This document shows, one piece after another, positions 24,981 through 32,909 of a DNA stretch of 42,843 nt; the stretch's first letter is position 1, and each line of letters starts with the position of its first letter. Source of the stretch: Dehalococcoidia bacterium (GTDB taxonomy: Bacteria; Chloroflexota; Dehalococcoidia; UBA2979); contig JASLOV010000063.1 of NCBI GenBank assembly GCA_030745285.1, positions 1 to 42,843 of the forward strand, written 5' to 3'. The notes below the pieces were generated by a model. That model was not told the origin of the DNA. It was given only the letters and a program-made list of their open reading frames with translations, and ran no database searches. Both the position numbers and the translations under genes were made by a program.

Positions 24981-25653
24981 CGTGATCGTGCCACTCGCCG
25001 TTGTGATGACCCTGGCCGCCAGCTCCGCGCTGGCGCAGGGACCCGCGTATGGACTGGGCAGGGCGCCCACAGCCGACGAGGTCAGTGCCTGGGGGATCAT
25101 CGTCGGTCCCTCCGGACAGGATCTGCCACCGGGGAGCGGCACCGCCGAGGACGGCGCGAGCATCTACGGCGCGAAGTGCGCCTACTGCCACGGTCCGACC
25201 GGTGCGGAGCCGTACATGTCTCGGAGACGAGAGCGGCCGTTCACGCCGGAGATGTACTGTTGCTTCCCGGCGCCACTGGTGGGAGGCGAGTCCTCGCTCA
25301 CGACCCTCATTCCCGTGAAGACCGTCGGAGCCTACTGGGCCTCGGCGACGACGCTGTGGGACTACATCGCGCGAGGGATGCCCCCGAACGAGAACTACCG
25401 GAACACGAGAGGGGGCTACGAGTTCGCCGAGCGAGTCAATGCGCAGGGCCCGCTCAGCGACGACGACGTCTACGCGCTCACGGCGTTCATCCTGTTTCAG
25501 AACGGCCTCGTCCAGGAGCGCGACGTCATGAACGCCGAGAGTCTGCCGAACGTCAAGATGCCTGGCCGTGACGTGATGATCCCCGCCGACCCGAACACGT
25601 GGTATCCGAAGCGGCAGGTCGATCCGCACGTCAGCCCGAACTCGCGGCCGTAG
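24961..25653 (+). CDS. Monohaem cytochrome c, SoxD/SorB-like partner subunit
   Basis: ATG at 24961 inside ORF 24865..25653. The signal peptide is MRYGNRDVIVPLAVVMTLAASSALAQG. The haem motif is CAYCH. KTVGAYWASATTLWDYIARGMP and DDDVYALTAFILFQNGLV resemble SoxD. It overlaps the upstream gene by 20 nt. Confidence 0.85.
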   Translation: MRYGNRDVIVPLAVVMTLAASSALAQGPAYGLGRAPTADEVSAWGIIVGPSGQDLPPGSGTAEDGASIYGAKCAYCHGPTGAEPYMSRRRERPFTPEMYCCFPAPLVGGESSLTTLIPVKTVGAYWASATTLWDYIARGMPPNENYRNTRGGYEFAERVNAQGPLSDDDVYALTAFILFQNGLVQERDVMNAESLPNVKMPGRDVMIPADPNTWYPKRQVDPHVSPNSRP

Positions 25654-25677
25654 CCGTCGGCCCTCGTCGCGTGCCGC

Positions 25678-28311
25678 TCAGGCGCCTTGCGCCGGGCCGG
25701 CCGACTCGGGACTCGGATGCGCCGCGGTCCTGGGCACGACGGTTGACGCGGGCAGTCTCAGGAATCGCTCGAGCACGCGCTGGAGATCCGGCACACGGAG
25801 CGGCTTGGAGAGGTAGTCGTCCATGCCGGCTTCCAGACACCCATCGCGATCGCCGGCCATGGCGTTCGCCGTCAGCGCCACGATCGGCGTGTGGATGCCA
25901 GGGGCCTCCTGCCGACGAATCTCGGCCGTGGCCTGAAACCCGTCCATTTCCGGCATCTGGCAGTCCATGAGCACGACGTCGTACGTCCGCGCGCTGAGCG
26001 CGTCCACCGCGTCCCGGCCGTTCGCGACGACGTCGGCACGATAGCCCAGCCGTTCGAGCGTGAGCACGATCACCTTCTGGTTGACGACGTTGTCCTCTGC
26101 CACCAGGATGCGGGACTTCGCCTGGGATTCGTGTTCAGCGAGATCGTGGCGCGTTACGAGCGGCGCGTCCGGGGTCGTCGTGACCTGCGCCAGCACGGTC
26201 TGGACGCACGCGAGGAGCTGGCGGCGCCTGACCGGCTTCGTCAAGTAGCCGGCGAATCCGGCCGCCCGGGCCTCGGCCGCCTGTCCGCGCTGCCCGCTGG
26301 AGGTCAGCAGAATGAGCGCACCGTTGGCGAACGCCGGCGCCTGGCGGAGCCGGCGTCCCAGCTCGAGGCCATCCATGCCGGGCATCATCATGTCGAGGAC
26401 CGCGATCGGATAGGCGACGCCGGCCTCGTGTGCGGCGGCCAGGTGAGCGAGCGCCGCCTCGCCTCCGATCTGGGCTTCGACCTGCATTCCGGCCGCGCCC
26501 AACTGCTGGGTGAGCAGCGTTCGATTCGTCGCGTTGTCGTCGACGACGAGGACGCGTACGCCCGCCAAGGCGGAGAGATCGACCGGCGCAGGGGCGGCGG
26601 TGCTCTCGGCCTTGGCCAGGCGCACGGTGAACCAGAACGTGCTGCCTTGTCCCTCGGCGCTCTCGACGCCGATGGTGCCGCCCATGAGCTCGACCAACTG
26701 CTTCGAGATGGCCAGGCCCAATCCGGTGCCGCCGTACTTCCGCGTCGTCGAGCCGTCGGCCTGCGAGAACGGCTGGAACAGCCGCGGCTGTGCCTCGGCC
26801 GGAATTCCGCATCCCGTGTCACGCACCTCCACGCGCAGGATGGCCGCGTCGGCCGAGTCGTCGTGCCGCGTCGCGCGCACGACGACCTCACCCTCGGCCG
26901 TGAACTTGACGGCGTTGCCCACGAGGTTCATGAGCACCTGCCGCAACCGGCCGGGATCGCCCGTCACCGTCACGGCGATGTTCGGATCGATGAGTGCCGT
27001 GAGCTCGACGCCCTTGTCGTGCGCGCGCGCCGCCAGCAGCTCGACGACGTCCTCGACCGTCGTGCGAAGATCGAACTCCCGCGACTCGATCGTGAGGCGA
27101 CCCGCCTCGATCTTCGAGAAGTCCAGGACGTCGTTGATGATCGTGAGCAGCGCTTCACCCGAGCCGCGGACGGTCTCGGCGTAGTCGCGCTGCTCGCGGT
27201 TGAGCGATGTTTCGAGCAGCAGGTCGGTCATACCGATGATCCCATTCATCGGCGTCCGGATCTCGTGGCTCATCATGGCGAGGAAGGCGCTCTTCGCCTG
27301 GGTCGCCTGTCGCAGCGCCTCCCGTTCGCGGAGCGTTTCGATCTGCTTCGTGTGGGCCCGCTCCACGGCCAGCCGCGCCATCAAGATCAGCAAGACCGAG
27401 ACGATCGTCAGCGCGGCGGACAGGTCGCGGAACCCGTCCAGCACGTCGGGCAACGGCAGCGCCGAGCGCAGCGCGTAGTCGAGGACGGGAATGAGGCCGA
27501 GCGCCGCGAAGATCAGCCAGGGGCGAGAGGCGGTCGTCGCCTCGTCCTCACCGGGCGCCGGATCCGCCGCCGTGGCCGGGGCGTCGTAGGCGGCCCACGC
27601 GTAGAAGAAGAACGGCAGGATCCAGGTGACGTCGTAGACGAAGACGCTGCGATAGACGCCCTGCCAGATGTCGATGTAGCTGATGGTCGACGTGACGAAG
27701 TAGACCAGGAGGCCGAACGCGAGGCGCCGGTAGGTCGACTCCCAGCGCGTGCCCCGCGTCGCGACCATGATGCCGGCCATGCCCGCCACGGCCAGCAGTT
27801 GCTGCAACTCTGAGAGCCACAGCAGCGACAACGACGCGCGATCCACGCTGTCCGGCGCGGCGACCAGGCTGGTGACGACGTGCGAGTAGAGGAAGCCGAC
27901 GAGCACGGCCAGTCCGGCGATGTCGACGGCCGTGGTGGGCGCCGCGGCGTCGCGGCTCCCGCGATGGGGCTGCGCGAGGAGCGCCAGCAGCGGCGTCGCG
28001 CCGCCGAAGAGCGCGAAGACCGCATGCCAGCCCAGCCAGGAAGTTTCGCGGGCAAGCAGAAACTCGTCGAGCGTCCAGCCGATAAGTCCAATGGAGGAGA
28101 CGGCGAGGCCGAAGGCGATCGTGGCCCAGAAGAGCCAATGACACCCGGACCACTCCCGGCGCCGATGGGCGATCACACCGATGCCCAGCAGCGGCGGGAC
28201 CAGCAGCGTGCCGCATCGGAACCAGAGCAGGGCGGCCGGGAGATCTCGGAGGAGCCAACCCACCGTCAGGTAGACGAGCGAGTAGGCGGCTCCCGCCGCA
28301 AGCCAGAGCAT
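25678..28311 (-). CDS. Hybrid sensor histidine kinase: polytopic membrane N-terminus, HisKA, HATPase_c, REC, REC
   Basis: There are about 8 hydrophobic helices in the first 300 aa. The H-box is [23 protein letters not shown]. The ATPase boxes are [16 protein letters not shown] and [11 protein letters not shown]. Receiver 1 contains LVVDDNATN...[12 protein letters not shown]...YLTKP. Receiver 2 contains LVAEDNVVN...[12 protein letters not shown]...LTANA...YLSKP. Confidence 0.9.
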   Translation of the reverse strand: MLWLAAGAAYSLVYLTVGWLLRDLPAALLWFRCGTLLVPPLLGIGVIAHRRREWSGCHWLFWATIAFGLAVSSIGLIGWTLDEFLLARETSWLGWHAVFALFGGATPLLALLAQPHRGSRDAAAPTTAVDIAGLAVLVGFLYSHVVTSLVAAPDSVDRASLSLLWLSELQQLLAVAGMAGIMVATRGTRWESTYRRLAFGLLVYFVTSTISYIDIWQGVYRSVFVYDVTWILPFFFYAWAAYDAPATAADPAPGEDEATTASRPWLIFAALGLIPVLDYALRSALPLPDVLDGFRDLSAALTIVSVLLILMARLAVERAHTKQIETLREREALRQATQAKSAFLAMMSHEIRTPMNGIIGMTDLLLETSLNREQRDYAETVRGSGEALLTIINDVLDFSKIEAGRLTIESREFDLRTTVEDVVELLAARAHDKGVELTALIDPNIAVTVTGDPGRLRQVLMNLVGNAVKFTAEGEVVVRATRHDDSADAAILRVEVRDTGCGIPAEAQPRLFQPFSQADGSTTRKYGGTGLGLAISKQLVELMGGTIGVESAEGQGSTFWFTVRLAKAESTAAPAPVDLSALAGVRVLVVDDNATNRTLLTQQLGAAGMQVEAQIGGEAALAHLAAAHEAGVAYPIAVLDMMMPGMDGLELGRRLRQAPAFANGALILLTSSGQRGQAAEARAAGFAGYLTKPVRRRQLLACVQTVLAQVTTTPDAPLVTRHDLAEHESQAKSRILVAEDNVVNQKVIVLTLERLGYRADVVANGRDAVDALSARTYDVVLMDCQMPEMDGFQATAEIRRQEAPGIHTPIVALTANAMAGDRDGCLEAGMDDYLSKPLRVPDLQRVLERFLRLPASTVVPRTAAHPSPESAGPAQGA

Positions 28312-28497
28312 TCACCAGGATTGTCGACCGGATCGCGCGAGGAAGACAGCAGATTGAGAGGCATCCTTGCACCGGATTCGCAGCATCCTGACAGCAGCTG
28401 ACACCAGCGGACAGAAGCGTTGGTGAGCGACGGCGTGTTCGAGGCCAGCGTCCGAACGTCGTATCATGACGTCCGAACCACGAGCCAGGGGGAAGCG

Positions 28498-28983
28498 GTG
28501 AGCGAACAAGACGACTCGGGCGAGGCCAGGCGCCTGGCCGACGAGGCGATGGCGCAGATTGCGGAGGTGGCGTCGCGGCCGCCACCGCCTCCGGCGGCCG
28601 AGGTGCGCGCTGGGACGAGACGGCGTGTGGCGCTCATCGGATTGGCCGTCGGTGTACCGACGCTTGCGTTCCTGCTGGTGCAGGATTTCGCCGTCGGCGG
28701 CGTACGGGCGTTGCTCCAGCCGCGCCTCCCCGAGGCCGAGCTTCGCCTGCAGATACTGAGCACGGTCAACGACCTCGTCATCGAGATCGATGCGTTCTAC
28801 GAGGACTACGGTGAGTTGCCCGAGAGCCTCGTGGAGGTGGCCTCGCCGTCTGCCGCCGGGTGGCGTTACACGCTCGTCGGGCGCGACAGGTATCGCGTCG
28901 AGCTCACGCAGGATGGGCAGTCGGTGACCTACGACTCGGCGGACGACGCCGACGAAGTGTTCGAGGAGGTACGGCAGCCATGA
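28498..28983 (+). CDS. Hypothetical single-pass membrane protein, Pro-rich N-terminus, translationally coupled to the prepilin gene
   Basis: Part of ORF 28420..28983, whose track start is a TTG. I favour the GTG at 28498 (GGGGGAAG upstream) or the ATG at 28549. The one TM helix is RRVALIGLAVGVPTLAFLLV. The stop overlaps the pilin ATG (ATGA at 28980-28983). Confidence 0.5.
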   Translation: MSEQDDSGEARRLADEAMAQIAEVASRPPPPPAAEVRAGTRRRVALIGLAVGVPTLAFLLVQDFAVGGVRALLQPRLPEAELRLQILSTVNDLVIEIDAFYEDYGELPESLVEVASPSAAGWRYTLVGRDRYRVELTQDGQSVTYDSADDADEVFEEVRQP

Positions 28984-29531
28984 CCGGTAGGAATCCTCGT
29001 CCGGCGCGGAGTGATCTCGGGTTCACGCTGATCGAACTGATGCTGGTTGTCACGATCATCGGCATCGTCGCGGCGATCGCGATTCCGGCCCTCGGCCGGG
29101 CGCGGATCGCGTCGTTCGAAACGGCGGCGATAGGAGCACTGCGGACATTGGGCAGCGCGCAGTCGGCCTTTGCGGCTTCCTGTAGCGGTGGCTACTTCGC
29201 GCCGTCCCTCGTCTGGCTGGGGCGTGCGCCCGCCGGTGGGGATGCATTCGTCCAGCCCGATCTGGTGGGGAACGGGCGACGCGTGGATCGGCAAGCCTAC
29301 CAGCTGCGATTCGCGGCCGGCCGGCGAGCCCGGAGCAGCCCGGCGGCGTGCAACGGGCTGCGGCCGGGCCGTGCCGTCGAGAGCTACTTTGTCGGCGCCA
29401 ACCCGCGGAACCGCCGGGAAGGTGCGAGGTACTTCGGGACCAACTCGAGCGGCACGATCTACCAGAGCACGCGCCGCGTACGGGTCACGCAGATGGGCGT
29501 GCCGCGGGCACCCGCCCGACCGATTCAGTAG
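28980..29531 (+). CDS. Type IV pilin / pseudopilin with prepilin-type N-terminal cleavage/methylation motif
   Basis: The leader MTGRNPRPARSDLG|FTLIELMLVVTIIGIVAAIAIP shows G|F cleavage and Glu+5. AAIGALRTLGSAQSAFA is typical of PilA-like pilins. Two Cys residues (ASCSGG, AACNG) could form a disulfide loop. Confidence 0.85.
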   Translation: MTGRNPRPARSDLGFTLIELMLVVTIIGIVAAIAIPALGRARIASFETAAIGALRTLGSAQSAFAASCSGGYFAPSLVWLGRAPAGGDAFVQPDLVGNGRRVDRQAYQLRFAAGRRARSSPAACNGLRPGRAVESYFVGANPRNRREGARYFGTNSSGTIYQSTRRVRVTQMGVPRAPARPIQ

Positions 29532-29549
29532 CGGCGCTGCAGGTGTGAC

Positions 29550-29918
29550 CTAGGAGGGTAACTTGGCCAGGAGCTGCCCGAGTTCGGTGACCTGCCGCTC
29601 GAGGTCCGCGTAGGCCTGCTCGGCCCTCGACAGGTCGGTGGCCCGACCGAACGATTCGAGCCGACGCGCCGTCTCGTAGGCGCCGTCCGTACCGAAGATG
29701 CCGACCGACCCCTTCAGGATGTGGGAGGTCCGGGCCACGGCCCCGGCATCCCGCCGCTCGACCGCGTCACGCACCGCCGAGAGCTGTGACGGGTAGGCTT
29801 GCAGAAACGCCTCACCGACCTGGCCCAACATCTCCGCGTCACCATCGAATCGGTCGATCAGCACGTCCATCGGCGTCTTCGCCTCTGTCGCGTGTTTCGT
29901 TCGACCCTGTCGGCCCAT
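29550..29918 (-). CDS. Stand-alone histidine phosphotransfer (Hpt) protein
   Basis: ARTSHILKGSVGIFG is the HxxKG phospho-His motif. DRFDGDAEMLGQVGEAFL is the usual Hpt N-terminal helix. The start is at ATG 29918 (122 aa) or ATG 29870 (106 aa). The longer track ORF (to 30095) is Arg-rich and unlikely to be coding. Confidence 0.8.
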   Translation of the reverse strand: MGRQGRTKHATEAKTPMDVLIDRFDGDAEMLGQVGEAFLQAYPSQLSAVRDAVERRDAGAVARTSHILKGSVGIFGTDGAYETARRLESFGRATDLSRAEQAYADLERQVTELGQLLAKLPS

Positions 29919-30111
29919 CAGGTGTGCCCGCTTCGTTCGGGCCACACACCCACCTGTCAAAGCAGGAACGGTGCCAGTGCGGCCCCGGCGACGATCGACG
30001 AAAGAACCAATGCTAGCAACTGTTTCGGTCACTGTTCTTCTTGGCTTGAGTACGGGAGCGGGCGGAAGCGCACACAAGCGGGCGCCCCGACGCACAGGTG
30101 TGCGCTCGGTC

Positions 30112-32280
30112 TCAGCCCCGCGCCCGACGGAGGGCCGCCTTGGCGCGCGCCAGGAACCGCCGGGGCTCGATCGGCTTCCGGATGTAGTCGTCGGCGCCGC
30201 GATCGATCAGCTGAGTCTCGGCGTCCGGGTCGGGGCTGCTCGTGAACACGATGATCGGCAGCCCCGCGGTTCCGACGGTCGCGCGGGCCCGCGCGAGGAC
30301 GCCCCAGCCATCCAGCCGCGGCATCTCGAGGTCCAAGATCATCAGCGAGTAGACCTCCTGCTCGAGGGCCAGGAGGGCGGTGACGCCATCGGCCGCCTCC
30401 GACACCTGGCAGCCTTCCCGTTCGAGTAGCGCCTTCGCGAACGTCCGATTCGTCGGGTCGTCGTCGACGACGAGGATGCGTGCGCCGTCCAGGGACGCCG
30501 TCGGAAGTCCAGCCGCCGAACTGGTCGTCGGATCGGCCGCGCGCGAGATCAGTTCCGTGGTCGATGACAGCCCGGCGTCGACGGGCTCCGTGCCCGGGCC
30601 GCCGACGACCCGCTCGATCTCTCCGAGCGTCGTCAGGCACTGCTGCTCCATGGCCAGGCCGACCTGGCGCAGCGTTCGCATCCCTTCCTTGACCGCCGCG
30701 GCTTCGAGATCGGTTGCGGTCGCCCCCGAGGCGATCAGCGTCTGGAGCGCCGGACTCATCATCAGGGTTTCGACGACGGGAAGTCGGCCGACGAACCCGG
30801 TGCCGTCGCACTGGTCGCACCCGGATACCCGCATCGTCGCGGTGACGCCAAAGAGTTGGCCGAGCCGTTGCTCGTCGTTCGAGAGGTCCCCGACAATCCG
30901 GACGCCGCACGTGGCGCAGACACGCCGGATCAGCCGCTGGGCCACGACGCCACGCACCGTGTCCACGAGCGCCGAGGGGTCGAGGCCCAGGTCGACCAGC
31001 CGGCGGACGGCGCTCGCGGCGTCGTTCGTATGCACCGTGGCCAGCACCAGGTGGCCCGTCAGACTCGCCTGGACGGCGATCTCCGCGGTCTCGGCGTCCC
31101 GGATCTCACCGACGAGGATGATGTCCGGATCCTGTCGGAGGATCGCGCGCAGCGCCGAGGCGAACGTCACGCCCTGCTTCGGGGCGACCTGCATCTGCGT
31201 CGCCGCGGGCAGCTCGTACTCGATCGGATCCTCCACTGTCATGATGTTGACGTCCTCGGTGGCCAGCTCCCACAACGCGGCGTAGAGCGTCGTCGTCTTG
31301 CCCGATCCGGTGGGGCCGGTGACGAGGATGATGCCCTGTCGTTCCTTCAAGAGCGTCCGGAGGCGCTCGAGCTCCGGGTCGGCAAGTCCCAGCGTGTCGA
31401 GGCGCGCTGAGGACGTCGGATCGAGGAGGCGGATGACGGCCTTCTCGGACCCGCGCGTCGGCACGGTGGAGATCCGCATGTCGAAGACGCGGTTGGCGAT
31501 CGCGAGGCTCGTCCGCCCATCGTGCGGTTTCAGGCGGTTCGACAGGTCGATATCGCTGAGCACCTTGATCCGGGACACGACCCGGTCCATGACCGGCAAC
31601 GGCAGCTGCATGTAGTGACTGAGCACGCCGTCGATCCTGAATCGAACGACACCGCCGCCTGCGCCGGGCTGGATGTGAATGTCGCTGGCTCGGCGCGCGA
31701 CGGCATCCCGGAAAATGAGGTTCGTCAGCTTGATGACGGGGCCGCCCTCGACCTCATCGGCCGTGACCTGGGCGGGGCCCTGGTCATCCACGTCACTGAC
31801 GAGCGTCTCGAGATCCTCGTCGACGTGGGCGAGCAGCGTCTCGACGGCGCGGTCGGGCGAGTACCGTGACTCGATGATCTTCGAGAGCGCCGCGGGCGGC
31901 GCGACCGCCATCACGGGCTTGCGACCCGACGCGAACGCGATGGCTTGCTCGGTGTCGAGGTTCAGCGGGTCGGCGCTCGCGACGTGCAGGTTGCGGTCGT
32001 CCTCACGAAGTGGGAAGACCTGGAACTGCTGGACGACGCTGCTCGGCAGGAGCCGCGTGGCAGCCGAACGCGCCGCCTCGAGATTGGCGACCTCGAGGTT
32101 GAGTGCGGTGGCAATCGACTCAGCCAGATCGGTCTGCGAGACGCCGCAGTGCCGTGAGACGGCGGTCCAGGCGTCGGCTGCCGGCGTCTTCGGTTCGACC
32201 GCCAGATGCTCCGCGTCCTGGAGTCGGGCGGTACGGGCGGCGCGAACGAGCCAGTGGACCGGTTCGGATTGGGGAGCCAT
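30112..32280 (-). CDS. PilB/GspE-class type IV pilus / type II secretion assembly ATPase fused to a C-terminal response-regulator receiver domain
   Basis: - GSPII_E N-domain: LLPSSVVQQFQVFPLREDDRNLHVASADPLN.
- Walker A: GPTGSGKTTT.
- Walker B/Asp box: DPDIILVGEIRD.
- His box: TGHLVLATVHTNDA.
- Tetracysteine: CATCG...GCDQCDGTG.
- Ser/Thr/Pro linker.
- REC (about 30115-30486): ILVVDDDPTN, LMILDLEMPRLDG, IIVFTSS, DYIRKP. Confidence 0.9.
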   Translation of the reverse strand: MAPQSEPVHWLVRAARTARLQDAEHLAVEPKTPAADAWTAVSRHCGVSQTDLAESIATALNLEVANLEAARSAATRLLPSSVVQQFQVFPLREDDRNLHVASADPLNLDTEQAIAFASGRKPVMAVAPPAALSKIIESRYSPDRAVETLLAHVDEDLETLVSDVDDQGPAQVTADEVEGGPVIKLTNLIFRDAVARRASDIHIQPGAGGGVVRFRIDGVLSHYMQLPLPVMDRVVSRIKVLSDIDLSNRLKPHDGRTSLAIANRVFDMRISTVPTRGSEKAVIRLLDPTSSARLDTLGLADPELERLRTLLKERQGIILVTGPTGSGKTTTLYAALWELATEDVNIMTVEDPIEYELPAATQMQVAPKQGVTFASALRAILRQDPDIILVGEIRDAETAEIAVQASLTGHLVLATVHTNDAASAVRRLVDLGLDPSALVDTVRGVVAQRLIRRVCATCGVRIVGDLSNDEQRLGQLFGVTATMRVSGCDQCDGTGFVGRLPVVETLMMSPALQTLIASGATATDLEAAAVKEGMRTLRQVGLAMEQQCLTTLGEIERVVGGPGTEPVDAGLSSTTELISRAADPTTSSAAGLPTASLDGARILVVDDDPTNRTFAKALLEREGCQVSEAADGVTALLALEQEVYSLMILDLEMPRLDGWGVLARARATVGTAGLPIIVFTSSPDPDAETQLIDRGADDYIRKPIEPRRFLARAKAALRRARG

Positions 32281-32304
32281 GAGGCGCTGAGGGAGTCTCG
32301 TCAG

Positions 32305-32874
32305 CTAGCCCTTGGTGTAGGCCGTCCGGTTCGACGATGACGGGCCGCCGAGTACGCCGCTGAGAGTCGTTTCGACCACGAGCGACGGCGGGCTCGCCAA
32401 CCGGGTTGAGGGTTCGAACGAGAGTTTCCGTTTCACCTCGCTCGTCAGCGGCTGGCCGTCGTCAGGGTCGGGGAAGCTGTGGAGCGTCGTGATCACCAGC
32501 GTGTCACCTTCCCAGGCTGTCCACGAGACTTGCTCCTGGATCCCGCGGCCCATCATGACCGTGTGCTGCGTCTCGGTCCCGTCCAGCGGGTAGGTAAACT
32601 CGAGCGGCGGCTGCAGGTCGCCTCGCGAGAAGAAGACGTACTCGACGGTGAGCGTGTCGGCGTCCTGCGCGATCGTGATCGTCGACCCCCAGCCGCTGCC
32701 CATCGTGCCCGTCGGCGCGCCCCGGCCGCCGGGTGTCGGCCTCGCCTCGGCCGCCGCGGTCCAGTGTCCGGAGAAGTCGGGTCGCTCCTGCGCCGCGGTG
32801 CCGGTTGCCAGCAGGCCGGCCACGGCGGCCGCCACGATGCACGTCAATCTCGGTGATCTCGATCCTGCCTTCAT
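32305..32874 (-). CDS. Secreted hypothetical protein (small beta-rich, lipocalin-like pattern)
   Basis: The signal peptide is MKAGSRSPRLTCIVAAAVAGLLATGTAAQ. It is followed by DFSGHWT and alternating beta-like segments. It lies 24 nt upstream of the ATPase gene on the same strand. I recognised no catalytic motif. Confidence 0.6.
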   Translation of the reverse strand: MKAGSRSPRLTCIVAAAVAGLLATGTAAQERPDFSGHWTAAAEARPTPGGRGAPTGTMGSGWGSTITIAQDADTLTVEYVFFSRGDLQPPLEFTYPLDGTETQHTVMMGRGIQEQVSWTAWEGDTLVITTLHSFPDPDDGQPLTSEVKRKLSFEPSTRLASPPSLVVETTLSGVLGGPSSSNRTAYTKG

Positions 32875-32909
32875 TCGCTCTCTCCTCGTGCACCCGCTGT
32901 GCGCCGCAC

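Noticed and set aside
29919-30095. The N-terminal extension of the Hpt ORF, and a TTGACA (rc of 29955-29960) as its promoter.
   Set aside because: The extension is Arg-rich and non-homologous, and Hpt domains are about 110-120 aa. The TTGACA has no acceptable -10 hexamer at 16-18 nt (it reads AACGAA), so I do not call a promoter. The 193-nt gap may still hold one.
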